NCBI GenBank assembly: GCA_965149855.1
Contig: CBCTTO010000005.1
Coordinates: 1,634 to 65,633, forward strand
Length of the DNA stretch: 64,000 nt
From: an uncultured Collinsella sp.
GTDB taxonomy: Bacteria; Actinomycetota; Coriobacteriia; Coriobacteriales; Coriobacteriaceae
Direction: 5' to 3'
The notes under the pieces were generated by a model. It worked only from the letters and a program-made list of their open reading frames with translations. It did not search any database and was not told the DNA's origin. Below, piece after piece: positions 49,819-60,923 of the stretch. Both the position numbers and the translations under genes were made by a program. The first letter of the stretch is position 1. Every line of letters starts with the position of its first letter.

Positions 49819-50589
49819 CTATAGCAGTCCAAAGTACTTCGCGGCGTTGTAGATGCCGTCGTCGTCCACGGCGGTCGTCACATAGGTCGCCGCAGCCTTC
49901 ACCGTGTCCTGCGCGTTGCCCATGGCCACGCTCGTGCCCACGGCGGCAAACATCGACAGGTCGTTCTCGCCGTCGCCAAAGGCAATCGCCTCGCTCGCGT
50001 CGATGCCCAGGCGCTCCAGCGTCGCCGCCACGCCCAGGTCCTTGCCGCCGTTAGCGGGAATAATGTCGCAGAACAGGTCGCACCAGCGCGTGGTGAGCGA
50101 ATGCGACACGGCGTCGGTCACGATATGCTCGTCGACCGGGTCCACAAAGGCGCAAAACTGGTAGACCGGTGCGTCAAAGGCGTGCTCAAACGGCTCCTCG
50201 TGGTAGACGATTCCCGCGTTGCTGCCAGCCGTCACCACGCGCTCGGACAGGCGGTTCACAAACGAGTTCTCGCCCTGCATGCACAGCGAGTCGTAGCGCC
50301 CCTGCGCCACCTGGTCCACAATCACCGCGACGTCGTCCGAATCGATCGGGCAGCTGCGGTAAACCCCCTCGGCATCAAAGCAGTGCTGGCCCGAAAGCGT
50401 AATGTACGCATCCCAGCCCAGGTCGAACAGCCAGTCCGGCATCTGGTAGGTCGGACGGCCCGTGGCGATCACGCACGCAATCCCCTGCTCGTGAAAGCTG
50501 TCGAGCACCTGCTGCGCCGACGCCGGAATCCGGTGGGTCTTAAAGCTCAGCAGCGTGCCGTCGATATCGAAAAACGCGGCTTTGATCAT
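49819..50589 (-). CDS. Cof-type HAD-IIB hydrolase
   Basis: FFDIDGTL, ATGR and AFGDGENDLSM. Confidence 0.93.
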   Translation of the reverse strand: MIKAAFFDIDGTLLSFKTHRIPASAQQVLDSFHEQGIACVIATGRPTYQMPDWLFDLGWDAYITLSGQHCFDAEGVYRSCPIDSDDVAVIVDQVAQGRYDSLCMQGENSFVNRLSERVVTAGSNAGIVYHEEPFEHAFDAPVYQFCAFVDPVDEHIVTDAVSHSLTTRWCDLFCDIIPANGGKDLGVAATLERLGIDASEAIAFGDGENDLSMFAAVGTSVAMGNAQDTVKAAATYVTTAVDDDGIYNAAKYFGLL

Positions 50590-50595
50590 TCTCGC

Positions 50596-52455
50596 CTACT
50601 CCTCGCCCTCGAGCTTTTCGCTCGCCTCGAGCCACGCCATCTCCAGCTCGTCCATGGCAGCGTGAGCCTCGTCGATCTTTGCCTGCTGCTCGCCGAGCGC
50701 CGTGTAGTTGGTGGGATCGACTTGGGCCATTGCTGCCTCGGCCTCCTCAACGCGGGTGCGCTGCGTCTCCATCTTGCGCTCGAGCGAACTCACCTCGCGG
50801 CGGAGCTTCTGGCGCTCGGCGTTGGACAGGCCGTTGGGCTGACCGCTCGACTTGGGCTTTTCGGCCGCAGCTGCCGCGGCACCGGTGTCGAACGTGCCGG
50901 TCTTGGCGCTCGGCGCGCCCACGGGCTCGCCCTCGGCGGTAGCGTTGCACAGGCGCAGGTACTGGTCCACGCCACCGGGCATATGCGTCAGGTGGCCGTC
51001 GAGCAGCGCCCACTGCTGGTCGGTCACGCGCTCCATCAAAAAGCGGTCGTGCGTCACCAGGATCAGCGTGCCGGGCCAGCCGTCCAGCAGGTCCTCGACA
51101 ATCGCGAGCATGTCGGTATCCAGGTCGTTGCCCGGCTCGTCCAGGATGAGCACGTTGGGCTCGTCCAGAATCGTCAGCAACAGCGACAGGCGACGGCGCT
51201 GGCCGCCCGAAAGATCGCCGATGCGGCTCCAGAGCTGCTGCGTCGTAAAGCCCAGACGCTCGCAGAGCTTCTCGGGCGAAGTCTCCTTGCCGTCGATGAC
51301 GTAGTACTTCTTATAGTTGCCGAGCACCTCGCGGATCGTGTCGCCCATGTAGGGCTTGAGCTCCTCGAGCTGCTGCGACAGCACGCCAAAGCGCACTGTC
51401 TGGCCAATCTTCACGCGGCCGCGCGTGGGTTCAATCTTGCCCTGGATCACGTCGAGCAGCGTCGACTTACCGGCGCCGTTCTCGCCCAAAAGGCCATAGC
51501 GGTCGCCCGCACCAATGAGCCAGGTCACATCGGTGAGCACCTGCTTGGGCGCGCCGTCGGTATCGGCATAGCCGGCATCCACGTCGACCACATCGATAAC
51601 CTGCTTGCCCAAGCGGCTCACGGCCAAGCGCTTGAGCTCCAGCTCGTCACGCACGGGCGGCACGTCGGCGATCAGCTCACGAGCGGCATCCACGCGAAAC
51701 TTGGGCTTGGTGGAACGAGCCTGGGCACCGCGGCTCAGCCACGCGAGCTCCTTGCGCGCCATGTTGCGACGGCGCTCCTCGGTAACCGCGGCCATGCGGT
51801 CGCGCTCTACGCGCTGCAGGATGTAGGCCGAATAGCCGCCCTCGAAGGGATCGACCTGGCCGTCGTGGACCTCCCACATGCTGGTGCAGACCTCGTCCAA
51901 GAACCAGCGGTCGTGCGTGACCACGAGCATGGCGCCCTGGCCGCGCTGCCAGCGGGCCTTTAGGTGACGCGCGAGCCAGTTGATGGTGCGCATGTCCAGG
52001 TGGTTGGTAGGCTCGTCGAGCATAAGCACGTCGTAATCGCCGATTAGCAGGCGCGCGAGGTCCACGCGACGGCGCTGGCCGCCCGAAAGCTCGCCCACCG
52101 TGCCCTCCCAGGGCACATCGCTAATAAGGCCGGCCAGGATCTGACGCGTGCGCGGGCTCGAGGCCCACTCATACTCGGGCGTGTCGCCCACAACGGCATG
52201 ATGCACGGTATCGGTGTCGACAAGCTGGTCCTTTTGGCCGAGCAGACCAATCGTGGTGCCGCGACGGTGCGTCACGCGGCCGTCGTCGGGCTCCAGCGTG
52301 CCGGCGAGCACGCTCAGCAGCGTCGACTTGCCGTCGCCGTTTTTGCCGACAATACCAATGCGGTCGCCCTCGCCCACGCCGAGCGTCACGCTATCGAAAA
52401 TATGCTTGGTGGGAAACTCTAGGCTGACGGAATCGCATCCCAAAAGAATCGCCAT
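50596..52455 (-). CDS. ABC-F family ATPase (Uup-like)
   Basis: Two ABC domains (GKNGDGKST and GENGAGKST; LSGGQRRR twice; DEPTNHLD), no TM segments, C-terminal coiled coil. Confidence 0.93.
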   Translation of the reverse strand: MAILLGCDSVSLEFPTKHIFDSVTLGVGEGDRIGIVGKNGDGKSTLLSVLAGTLEPDDGRVTHRRGTTIGLLGQKDQLVDTDTVHHAVVGDTPEYEWASSPRTRQILAGLISDVPWEGTVGELSGGQRRRVDLARLLIGDYDVLMLDEPTNHLDMRTINWLARHLKARWQRGQGAMLVVTHDRWFLDEVCTSMWEVHDGQVDPFEGGYSAYILQRVERDRMAAVTEERRRNMARKELAWLSRGAQARSTKPKFRVDAARELIADVPPVRDELELKRLAVSRLGKQVIDVVDVDAGYADTDGAPKQVLTDVTWLIGAGDRYGLLGENGAGKSTLLDVIQGKIEPTRGRVKIGQTVRFGVLSQQLEELKPYMGDTIREVLGNYKKYYVIDGKETSPEKLCERLGFTTQQLWSRIGDLSGGQRRRLSLLLTILDEPNVLILDEPGNDLDTDMLAIVEDLLDGWPGTLILVTHDRFLMERVTDQQWALLDGHLTHMPGGVDQYLRLCNATAEGEPVGAPSAKTGTFDTGAAAAAAEKPKSSGQPNGLSNAERQKLRREVSSLERKMETQRTRVEEAEAAMAQVDPTNYTALGEQQAKIDEAHAAMDELEMAWLEASEKLEGEE

Positions 52456-52659
52456 ATGCCCTGCTCCTTCGTAGAAATTCAACGTTGTCCATGATAGCAG
52501 CGAGCCCCACCCCAAACCACCACGAAGGCGCCTGTCCCCTTTGTGGTGGTCGTTTCGGTCGCAGAGCAAAAGGCGGGCCATCTCCCGCAAGAGATGACCC
52601 GCCTCTCCAATCAGTCCTGCGGCAACCGTGGCCGCTGCAGGCCTCAAGCATGTCCCGGA

Positions 52660-53528
<869 letters not shown>

Positions 53529-53532
<4 letters not shown>

Positions 53533-54455
53533 TCGGCCGTCATCTTCCTTGCCAGTTGCTTGCCCACAATGCGGGCGATTACGTTAAACAGCAGCACGCA
53601 AATCATCAGCAGTGCAGCGGTGCCCCAGACGATCTGCTGGGCCTCGGGGCTGCCCTCGCCATAGATCTTGTAGATGTGCACGGCGAGCGACTCGCCGGGA
53701 CGGAACACGTTCCAAGCGCAGGTGGGGCTCGACAGGTTAAAGCTCAAGAAGTTCAGGCGAACCGGCGAGCTCATACCCAAGGTAAAAAGCAGTGCTGCGG
53801 CCTCGCCAAACACGCGACCGGCCGAAAGCACGATGCCCGTCACGATGGCAGGCATGGCCTCGGGGATCAGGATGTGCAGCGTGGCCTCCCAGCGAGTGAG
53901 GCCCATGGCCAGGCATGCATCGCGCTGGGCCTGCGGCACGTCCTCGAGCGCCTGCTGGATCACGCGCACCAGGATGGGGATGTTGAACATGGTGAGCGCG
54001 ACGGCGCCGGAGATGATGGAGTACTTCCAGCCCAGCTGCACCGAGAACACCAGAAAACCGAACATGCCGACGACGATGGAAGGCAGCGAGGACAACGTCT
54101 CGATGGCGGTGGAGGCGATGTCGCGGATGGGTCCGTCCGGCGCGTACTCAACCAAAAAGACCGCTCCGCCCAGGCTGATGGGCACCGAGATGATCAGGGT
54201 GATCAGCAGCAGGTAGAACGAGTCGAACAGCTGATAGAGCACGCCGCCCTGCGTTCCGTTGGCGCGCGACGGCTCCGTGAGAAAGCCCGGCTGGAACAGC
54301 GTCGAGATGCCCTCGAACAGGATATAGGCCACCATGGAGACGACGATGAGCATGACGATGGCGACGATCGCCGTCAACACGCCCGTGGCGAAGCGGTCCT
54401 GCTTTTGGACACGCCCGAGCCTCGCCTCGTCGATGTGGATACGCGTGCTAGCCAC
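53529..54455 (-). CDS. pstA: Phosphate ABC transporter permease
   Basis: LPSIVVGMFG and RVFGEAAAL; operon position. Confidence 0.94.
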
Positions 54456-55356
54456 GAGCCTTCGCCCCCTTGCGGCCGATAAGGTGGATGATCAGGATGA
54501 AGATGAGACTCATGCCCATCAGCAGCAGACCGAGCGCCCACAGAACATCGTCCTGGGCCGAGCCCTCGGCATAGACCGCCATAGACGTGGTGAGCGTGGT
54601 GGTGATGGTGGACGCCGGCGACAGCAGCGACGTCGGCATGGCCTCGATACCGCCGATGACCATGCGCACGGCGAGCGTCTCGCCAAAGGCGCGGGTCATG
54701 CCAAGGATGACCGCGGTCATGAGCGACGGCATGGCGCTCTTGAGCACCACGTGCCAGATGGTCTGCCAGCGGGTATAGCCCAGCGCGAGCGAGCCCTGTC
54801 GGTAGCTGTCGGGCACGGCGCGCAGGCCATCGACCGAAAGCGTGGTCATGGTCGGCAGGATCATGACGGCCAGCACGATGGCGCCGGGCAAGATGCCCAG
54901 GCCCGTGCTCACGTGGAAAACGCTCTTCATAAGACCGACGACCACGTGAAAACCGATCAGGCCAAAGACGACCGAGGGGATGCCGGTCAAAAGCTCAATG
55001 AGCGGCTGAAAGATCTTAGAGCCAAACTTAGGGCTAATCTCGACCGCAAAGATGGCAGAGCCGATGGCGATGGGCAGCGCGATGAGCGTGGAGAGCACCA
55101 TGACCGCAAACGAGGTGACAATCAGGGGCAGGGCGCCGGTGTAGGGCAGGCCGCTTTCGGCTGTGTTGGCCAGGTCCCACTTGGTGCCGGTGAAGAACTC
55201 GACGACCGAAACGCCGTCCTTGAGAAAAGCCGAGAGGCCCTTTTGGGCGACCATAAAGATGAGCGCGGCAACGACAAGCGTCACGAGCGCAACGCACGCG
55301 CCCGTGACGCCCAGGCCCACGTTCTCAAGGTCGCGCTTTGGCAGCTGTTTTGCCAT
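54448..55356 (-). CDS. pstC: Phosphate ABC transporter permease
   Basis: IELLTGIPSVVFG, MILPT and RAFGETLAV. Confidence 0.94.
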   Translation of the reverse strand: MAKQLPKRDLENVGLGVTGACVALVTLVVAALIFMVAQKGLSAFLKDGVSVVEFFTGTKWDLANTAESGLPYTGALPLIVTSFAVMVLSTLIALPIAIGSAIFAVEISPKFGSKIFQPLIELLTGIPSVVFGLIGFHVVVGLMKSVFHVSTGLGILPGAIVLAVMILPTMTTLSVDGLRAVPDSYRQGSLALGYTRWQTIWHVVLKSAMPSLMTAVILGMTRAFGETLAVRMVIGGIEAMPTSLLSPASTITTTLTTSMAVYAEGSAQDDVLWALGLLLMGMSLIFILIIHLIGRKGAKARG

Positions 55357-55380
55357 TGCAAACCTTTCCGGGGCGATTAC

Positions 55381-56319
55381 TTATTTAGCGGAGACCTTGC
55401 CGCTGGCGTCCTTGACGACCTTCATGGCAGAGACGGGGATAAAGCCCTGCTCCTCGACGAGCTTGCCCTGGACGTCATCGGAAAGCATGAACTCCAGGAA
55501 GGCCTTGGTGGCCTCGTCGGCATCCTTAGCGCAGTACATGTGCTCGGTAGCCCAGATCTTGAAGGAGTTGTCGGTGACATTCTTGCTCTTGGGCTCGACG
55601 CCCTCGACCTTGATGGCGTTGAACTTGGAGTCATCAAAGTGCGAGAAGTCGAGGTAGGAGATGGCGTTGTCGGTACTGCCCATCTGAGTCTGGACATCGC
55701 CGGACTTGTCGAGTTCGGCGTCGCCCTTAAAGTCGACGGCCTCGTCGCCAAAAACGGCGGCCTCGAAGGTGGCACGGGTGCCAGAGCCAGCCTTGCGGTT
55801 GAGAACGACGATCTTGGCGTCGTCGCCGCCGACCTCCTTCCAGTTGGTGATCTGGCCGGAGAAGATGCCCTTGAGCTGCTCGAGGGACAGGTCGTCGACC
55901 GTCACGTTCTTGGAAACGACGGGGCCCATGCCCACGACGGCAACCTCGTGGTCGACGAGGTTCTTGACCTGGTCGGCCTCGAGCTTGGTCTCGGCGAAGA
56001 CGTCGGAGTTGCCGATGGTGACGGTGCCGGCGGCAACAGCGGTCAGGCCCTTGCCCGAACCGTTACCCGAGCCGGAGACGGAGACATCGGGGTTGGCGTC
56101 CATGAACTTCTCGGCAGCGGCCTCGACGAGAGCCTGGAACGAAGAGGCACCGTCGTAAGTCACCTCGCCGGAGACGGACTCGGCAGCAGCGGCGCTACCC
56201 TTGTCGGCGGCATCGGATGCGCCGGAGCCGCCGCAACCAACGAGACCGAGACCGACGATGCTGGCAAAACCACCAGCGAGGCCGAGGAACTGACGACGAG
56301 AATAAGCCTGATCGAGCAT
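55381..56319 (-). CDS. pstS: Phosphate-binding lipoprotein with twin-arginine-like signal
   Basis: SRRQFL plus LVGC lipobox; GSGKG and RKAGSGTR; RBS GAAAGGAAG. Confidence 0.92.
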   Translation of the reverse strand: MLDQAYSRRQFLGLAGGFASIVGLGLVGCGGSGASDAADKGSAAAAESVSGEVTYDGASSFQALVEAAAEKFMDANPDVSVSGSGNGSGKGLTAVAAGTVTIGNSDVFAETKLEADQVKNLVDHEVAVVGMGPVVSKNVTVDDLSLEQLKGIFSGQITNWKEVGGDDAKIVVLNRKAGSGTRATFEAAVFGDEAVDFKGDAELDKSGDVQTQMGSTDNAISYLDFSHFDDSKFNAIKVEGVEPKSKNVTDNSFKIWATEHMYCAKDADEATKAFLEFMLSDDVQGKLVEEQGFIPVSAMKVVKDASGKVSAK

Positions 56320-56612
56320 GATCTTCCTTTCATACATGCGACTCGCGGGCACCCCACCCGCTTTGCTGTTTGGAAAGATACGGCCCCGACCGGGCAGCGT
56401 CCGCGCCAACTACGGTTTCTTACGGGCATTTGATAGACCCTTACCGCAAGCTCTGTCCAGCCTTTACAAACGGATAACAAATTCACCACCAAGCATGACC
56501 CGCCTTTTACACCGATAAAAAGCAGTTGCGGTGAAATAGTTCCTGTTTGGGCATCAAATGGCCCATTCTAGGAACTATTCCACCGCAACTTAGATTGGGA
56601 AACCGCGTAATC

Positions 56613-58049
56613 TTAAAGTTCGAGCTCGTTGAGGCGCAGGATTGCCACGATGTAAATCTTGAGTGCTTGCTTGAGCTGCTCCTCGTTGGCGCACTCGTTG
56701 GGGCCGTGCATCTGGCCGCCCCATGCGGGCGGCTCCAGGCCGGTCTCCTCGGGGCCAAACGAGACGGCGCGGGCAAAGTTGCGCGCATACGTGCCGCCGC
56801 CCATGGCAAAGGGCTCGGCATGCTTGCCCGTAAACTCGTTATAGGTATCGATAAGCGCCTTCACGGCCGGATCGTCGGCAGACACCGAGAACGGCACCTT
56901 TGCGCGACCCACGCGATACGTCACGCCAAAGCGGCCCACGAGCGGCTCGAGCTGCTCGCAGATGGTATCGGCACTGGTGCTATCGGGGAAGCGCACGTCG
57001 ATGACCTGCTCAATGTAGCCATCCACCACGCGGATGACGCCGGGGTTGCACGTGAGCGGGCCAAACGCGGGGCTCGTCGCGTCGATACCCAGACCGCGGC
57101 CATAGGCGTCCGCATGCACAAAGGCCAGAAACTTGACAAACTCGTGCTCGGCAGGCGTCAGCAGGCGCTCGTCGCGCGCACCAAACGCGTCCTCGGCCTC
57201 GCGCAGATACGACACGATCAGGCCGACGGCATTGATCGTTCCCTCGGGCATCGAGGCATGGCCGCCAATACCGTGGGCAAAAATCTGCGCATGCCCGTTA
57301 TCGAGTGTCGTGATCTCCAGGCGGTCGGCGTTCTCAACGGGCGCCGGCAGCTCATCGGCGGCAATCGCGAGCTCGCAGATAGATTGCGACGGAATGGCGT
57401 TGCTCGCCTCGGCACCGCTCCAGGACACAATACGGCCGCCGTCGATCTTGGGGCTCACAAACGTCGCCCCAAACTGGCCCTTCTCGGCATTGCAGACCGG
57501 GAACTCGGCATCGGGCGTAAATAGAAAGTCGGGGTCTGCGTGGTTCTCCAGATAATGGTGAACGTCGGACATGCCCACTTCCTCATCGCAGCCCAGCAGC
57601 GCGCGGAAGGTATAGCGCGGCACAATGCCGTGCTTGAGCAGGTAGGCGCCGGCGTAGAGCGACAACACCGCCGGGCCTTTGTCGTCGATCACGCCACGGC
57701 CGAGCAGCCAGCCCTCGCGGCGCTCCATCGCAAACGGGTCGGTGTTCCAGCCGGGGCCGGCGGGCACCACGTCCACATGGCAGATAGTCGCGAGCTGCTT
57801 ATCGCCGCGACCGGGAATATCGGCAATGCCCACATAGCCCTCGTCATCGCTCGTCTGGTAGCCGAGCTTTTGCGCAATGCCGAGCGCGCAATCGAGCGCA
57901 TCACGGACCGGGCGGCCAAACGGCGCACCGGGCTCCGCATCGGCAGCAACGGCCACAGACGGATAGCTCACCAGCTGCTCGATATCGGCGACGACATCCT
58001 CCCAGACCTCGTCGACATACTCGGCAACGCTCTGCTCCACCTGATTCAT
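56613..58049 (-). CDS. PepV/Sapep-type Mn2+-dependent dipeptidase (M20)
   Basis: HVDVVP, GRGVIDDKGP, DEE, AEKG, GGGTYAR and MHGPNE. Confidence 0.92.
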   Translation of the reverse strand: MNQVEQSVAEYVDEVWEDVVADIEQLVSYPSVAVAADAEPGAPFGRPVRDALDCALGIAQKLGYQTSDDEGYVGIADIPGRGDKQLATICHVDVVPAGPGWNTDPFAMERREGWLLGRGVIDDKGPAVLSLYAGAYLLKHGIVPRYTFRALLGCDEEVGMSDVHHYLENHADPDFLFTPDAEFPVCNAEKGQFGATFVSPKIDGGRIVSWSGAEASNAIPSQSICELAIAADELPAPVENADRLEITTLDNGHAQIFAHGIGGHASMPEGTINAVGLIVSYLREAEDAFGARDERLLTPAEHEFVKFLAFVHADAYGRGLGIDATSPAFGPLTCNPGVIRVVDGYIEQVIDVRFPDSTSADTICEQLEPLVGRFGVTYRVGRAKVPFSVSADDPAVKALIDTYNEFTGKHAEPFAMGGGTYARNFARAVSFGPEETGLEPPAWGGQMHGPNECANEEQLKQALKIYIVAILRLNELEL

Positions 58050-58103
58050 GGACGACCTCCTTACCAATGAGCGGCGAGCGTGCCCGCCCCTCACATCACA
58101 TAC

Positions 58104-58766
58104 TTATATAGCGAAAAGTTTAGCAAGCTCGGCCACCGAGTGCACCACCGCATCGGCGCCCGCGGCCTCGTGCTCCCCCGGCGCCGCCGCGCCCGAATAG
58201 ATGCCGATGCACGGCACGCCCATCGCATGCGCGCCCTCGACGTCGTTAAAGCGGTCGCCGATCATCACGGCCTCGTCCGCGGTCGCACCCAAGGCCGCCA
58301 GGGCATCGCGGACCGAATCGGCCTTGGTCTCGCGCCCCTGCGGCGGATTCATGCCAACCACGGCTTCGAACTGGCAAAGCCCCAGCTCATGAACCATATC
58401 GATGCACTTCGCCTCCATGCGAGACGTCGCCACGGCCATACGCTTGCCCTGGGCGACCAACCCATCCAGCAGCTCGGGGATCCCGTCGAACACGGGATAC
58501 TCCTCCGGTCCCAGCTCATCAAAAAAGGCGCGGTACTCGTCGGCCACCACCAGCGACTCCTCGCGGGAGAATCCATAAAAGTCGTGAAAGCTCTTCCACA
58601 GGGGCGGCCCGATCATGCGGCGCAGATCACCCATCTGCGCCTCCGAAAACCCGCGCGCAGTCAGCGTCTTGCGCGTCGAGGTCATCACCGCCCGACCCGT
58701 ATCGGCCACCGTGCCATCGAAATCGAACAGCACGACCGGCCGTTTGCCTATCTCCAACGCCCCCAT
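58104..58766 (-). CDS. HAD-IA hydrolase (phosphoglycolate phosphatase-like); start could be 58766 or 58772
   Basis: FDFDGTVAD, ATS and MIGDRFNDVEGA. Confidence 0.9.
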   Translation of the reverse strand: MGALEIGKRPVVLFDFDGTVADTGRAVMTSTRKTLTARGFSEAQMGDLRRMIGPPLWKSFHDFYGFSREESLVVADEYRAFFDELGPEEYPVFDGIPELLDGLVAQGKRMAVATSRMEAKCIDMVHELGLCQFEAVVGMNPPQGRETKADSVRDALAALGATADEAVMIGDRFNDVEGAHAMGVPCIGIYSGAAAPGEHEAAGADAVVHSVAELAKLFAI

Positions 58767-58922
58767 CGGCATTCCTCTTCCCCAGTTGACGATTTCCACA
58801 CCGACACTTCAAACTGTTGACTATTCAACAATTGAACCTAGTAATGTGGAACGACTCTACTATACTTGTCGCACTTTGCTCTCAGAAGGCGGCGTGCAAG
58901 CGCCCCAACGAAAGGTGCAATT

Positions 58923-59783
58923 ATGTCTTTTGCCATCATAACCGACTCCACGTCGGACATCTCCCCCGCCCGCGCCCAAGAGCTCGGCATTTACGTGATT
59001 CCGCTGCATGTGATTATCGAGGGCGAGGACCTGCTCGACCAGGTGCAGATTACCGCCCAGGAGTACGTCGCGCGCATGGCCGGCTCCGAGCAGCTGCCGC
59101 ACACCTCGCAGCCAAGCGCCGGCGAGTTCAAGGCGCTCTTTGATCGCGTGCTCGCCGACGGCCACGACAGCGCCATCTTTATCTCGCTGTGCAGCGAGTG
59201 GTCTGCCTGCTACGCCAACGCGTGCCAGGTTGCCGATACCCACGAGCTCGACGTGCGCTGCATCGACTCGCGCACCGGCTCGGCTGCCGAGGGCCTGCTG
59301 GTGGAGTACGCGCTGGCCATGCGCGAGGACGGCCGCAGCCTGGACGAGACCGAGGCGCAGATCCGAGCGACGCTGCCCGACGCCCACCTGCTGCTGATTC
59401 CCCGCACGCTCGAGAACCTCGTTAAGAACGGCCGCGCGCCCAAACTCGCCGGCCAGCTCACGCAGATGCTCAACATTCGCCTGGCCGTTTCGCCGGAGTG
59501 GAAATCGGGCGAGATCAAGGCCATCAAAAAGGGCCGCGGCGCCAAGCGCATCGTTGCCAACACCATGGCCGATTGCCTCGCATTTTTGACCGAGCATCCG
59601 GGCTCCAGCGTGCGTGTGCTCACGACCGGCGCCGCCGAGGAGCAGGAGCTCGTCAGCCAAACGCTCGCGGGCCAGGACTACGTAGACGCCGGCACCGGCC
59701 CCATCGGCTGCACCATCGCCACCCATGTAGGCGTCGACGCCATCGCCATCAGCTACTGCCCCCGCTACCAGCCAACTCACTAG
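58923..59783 (+). CDS. DegV/FakB-family protein
   Basis: IITDSTSD, TSQPS, LVKNGR and IATHVG. Confidence 0.92.
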   Translation: MSFAIITDSTSDISPARAQELGIYVIPLHVIIEGEDLLDQVQITAQEYVARMAGSEQLPHTSQPSAGEFKALFDRVLADGHDSAIFISLCSEWSACYANACQVADTHELDVRCIDSRTGSAAEGLLVEYALAMREDGRSLDETEAQIRATLPDAHLLLIPRTLENLVKNGRAPKLAGQLTQMLNIRLAVSPEWKSGEIKAIKKGRGAKRIVANTMADCLAFLTEHPGSSVRVLTTGAAEEQELVSQTLAGQDYVDAGTGPIGCTIATHVGVDAIAISYCPRYQPTH

Positions 59784-59951
59784 GGACGCCCACATCATTT
59801 GCGGTGAAATAGGGACCGTTTTTGGCTTATTAGCTGTCAATCAATCCCTATTCCACCGCAACTTAGAAGCAGTTCATTTGGGACGGGGCTAAAAAGACTG
59901 ACATGTAACGTTACGCACCGGTCTTTTTAGCCCCGTTCCATTTTTGCTACC

Positions 59952-60710
59952 CTACATCAGCCCGCTCAGGGCAATGTCAACGGCCTCGTTGAGGTCGTCG
60001 GTAATGTGTACCAGATCCGGATCGAGCGGGCTGATCATACCGGCGCTCATCACCGGGCCGTTGAGCCAGTCGAACAGGCCCTGCCAGTACTCGCTGCCCA
60101 CCAGCACGAGCGGCATGCGCTTGACCTTGTGCGTCTGCACCAGCGTGAGAACCTCGAACATCTCGTCGAGCGTGCCAAAGCCGCCGGGAAATACGATGGC
60201 GCCTGAGCTGTACTTAACGAACATGGTTTTGCGCACAAAGAAGTAGCGGAAGTCCATGCCGAGGTTCACGTATTTGTTGAGCCCCTGCTCGTGCGGCAAT
60301 TCAATGCCTAGGCCAACTGACTTGCCGTTGACGCTCGCCGCTCCCTTGTTGGCCGCTTCCATGATGCCGGGGCCGCCACCGGTGATAACCGCCACGCCGC
60401 GCTGGGCAATCTTACGGCCGACGGTGCGCGCCGCCTTGTAGAGCGGATCGGTCTTGGGCGTGCGGGCGCTGCCGAAGATGGTCACTGCGGGGCCAAGCTC
60501 GGCAAGCGCGCCGAAGCCATCGACAAACTCGGCCTGAATGCGCAGCACGCGCCAGGGATCGGCATGCAGCCAGTCGGTCGAATCTTCGGGCGCCAGCAGG
60601 TTGGCGTAGGTGTTGTCCTTGGGAATCATGGGGCCGCGCATGACCACGGGGCCGCGGCGGTACGTCTCGTCGTAGGCAGGCTCGCCCTCGACGTTCTCAT
60701 TCTTAATCAT
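59952..60710 (-). CDS. LOG-family (TIGR00730) nucleotide phosphoribohydrolase
   Basis: FGSART, TGGGPGIMEAANKGA, YFFVRK and PGGFGTLDE. Confidence 0.93.
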   Translation of the reverse strand: MIKNENVEGEPAYDETYRRGPVVMRGPMIPKDNTYANLLAPEDSTDWLHADPWRVLRIQAEFVDGFGALAELGPAVTIFGSARTPKTDPLYKAARTVGRKIAQRGVAVITGGGPGIMEAANKGAASVNGKSVGLGIELPHEQGLNKYVNLGMDFRYFFVRKTMFVKYSSGAIVFPGGFGTLDEMFEVLTLVQTHKVKRMPLVLVGSEYWQGLFDWLNGPVMSAGMISPLDPDLVHITDDLNEAVDIALSGLM

Positions 60711-60923
60711 GGGTGCTCCTATCGAGAAAAAGAAAAACGGGCGGGGTCGACGCCATGCGTCAAACACCCGCCCGAGCATCAACTATTCGGTATGGTACCC
60801 ACGATGCATCAAGCACTTGCAAGCTATCGGTCAGCGGTCGCGCAGCCGGTGTCAGCGAATGCGACGACCGGCTGGCGCTCGACCATTGCCGTTGTCCACG
60901 CTCTGCAAGCGTGTCTGTCGCCC

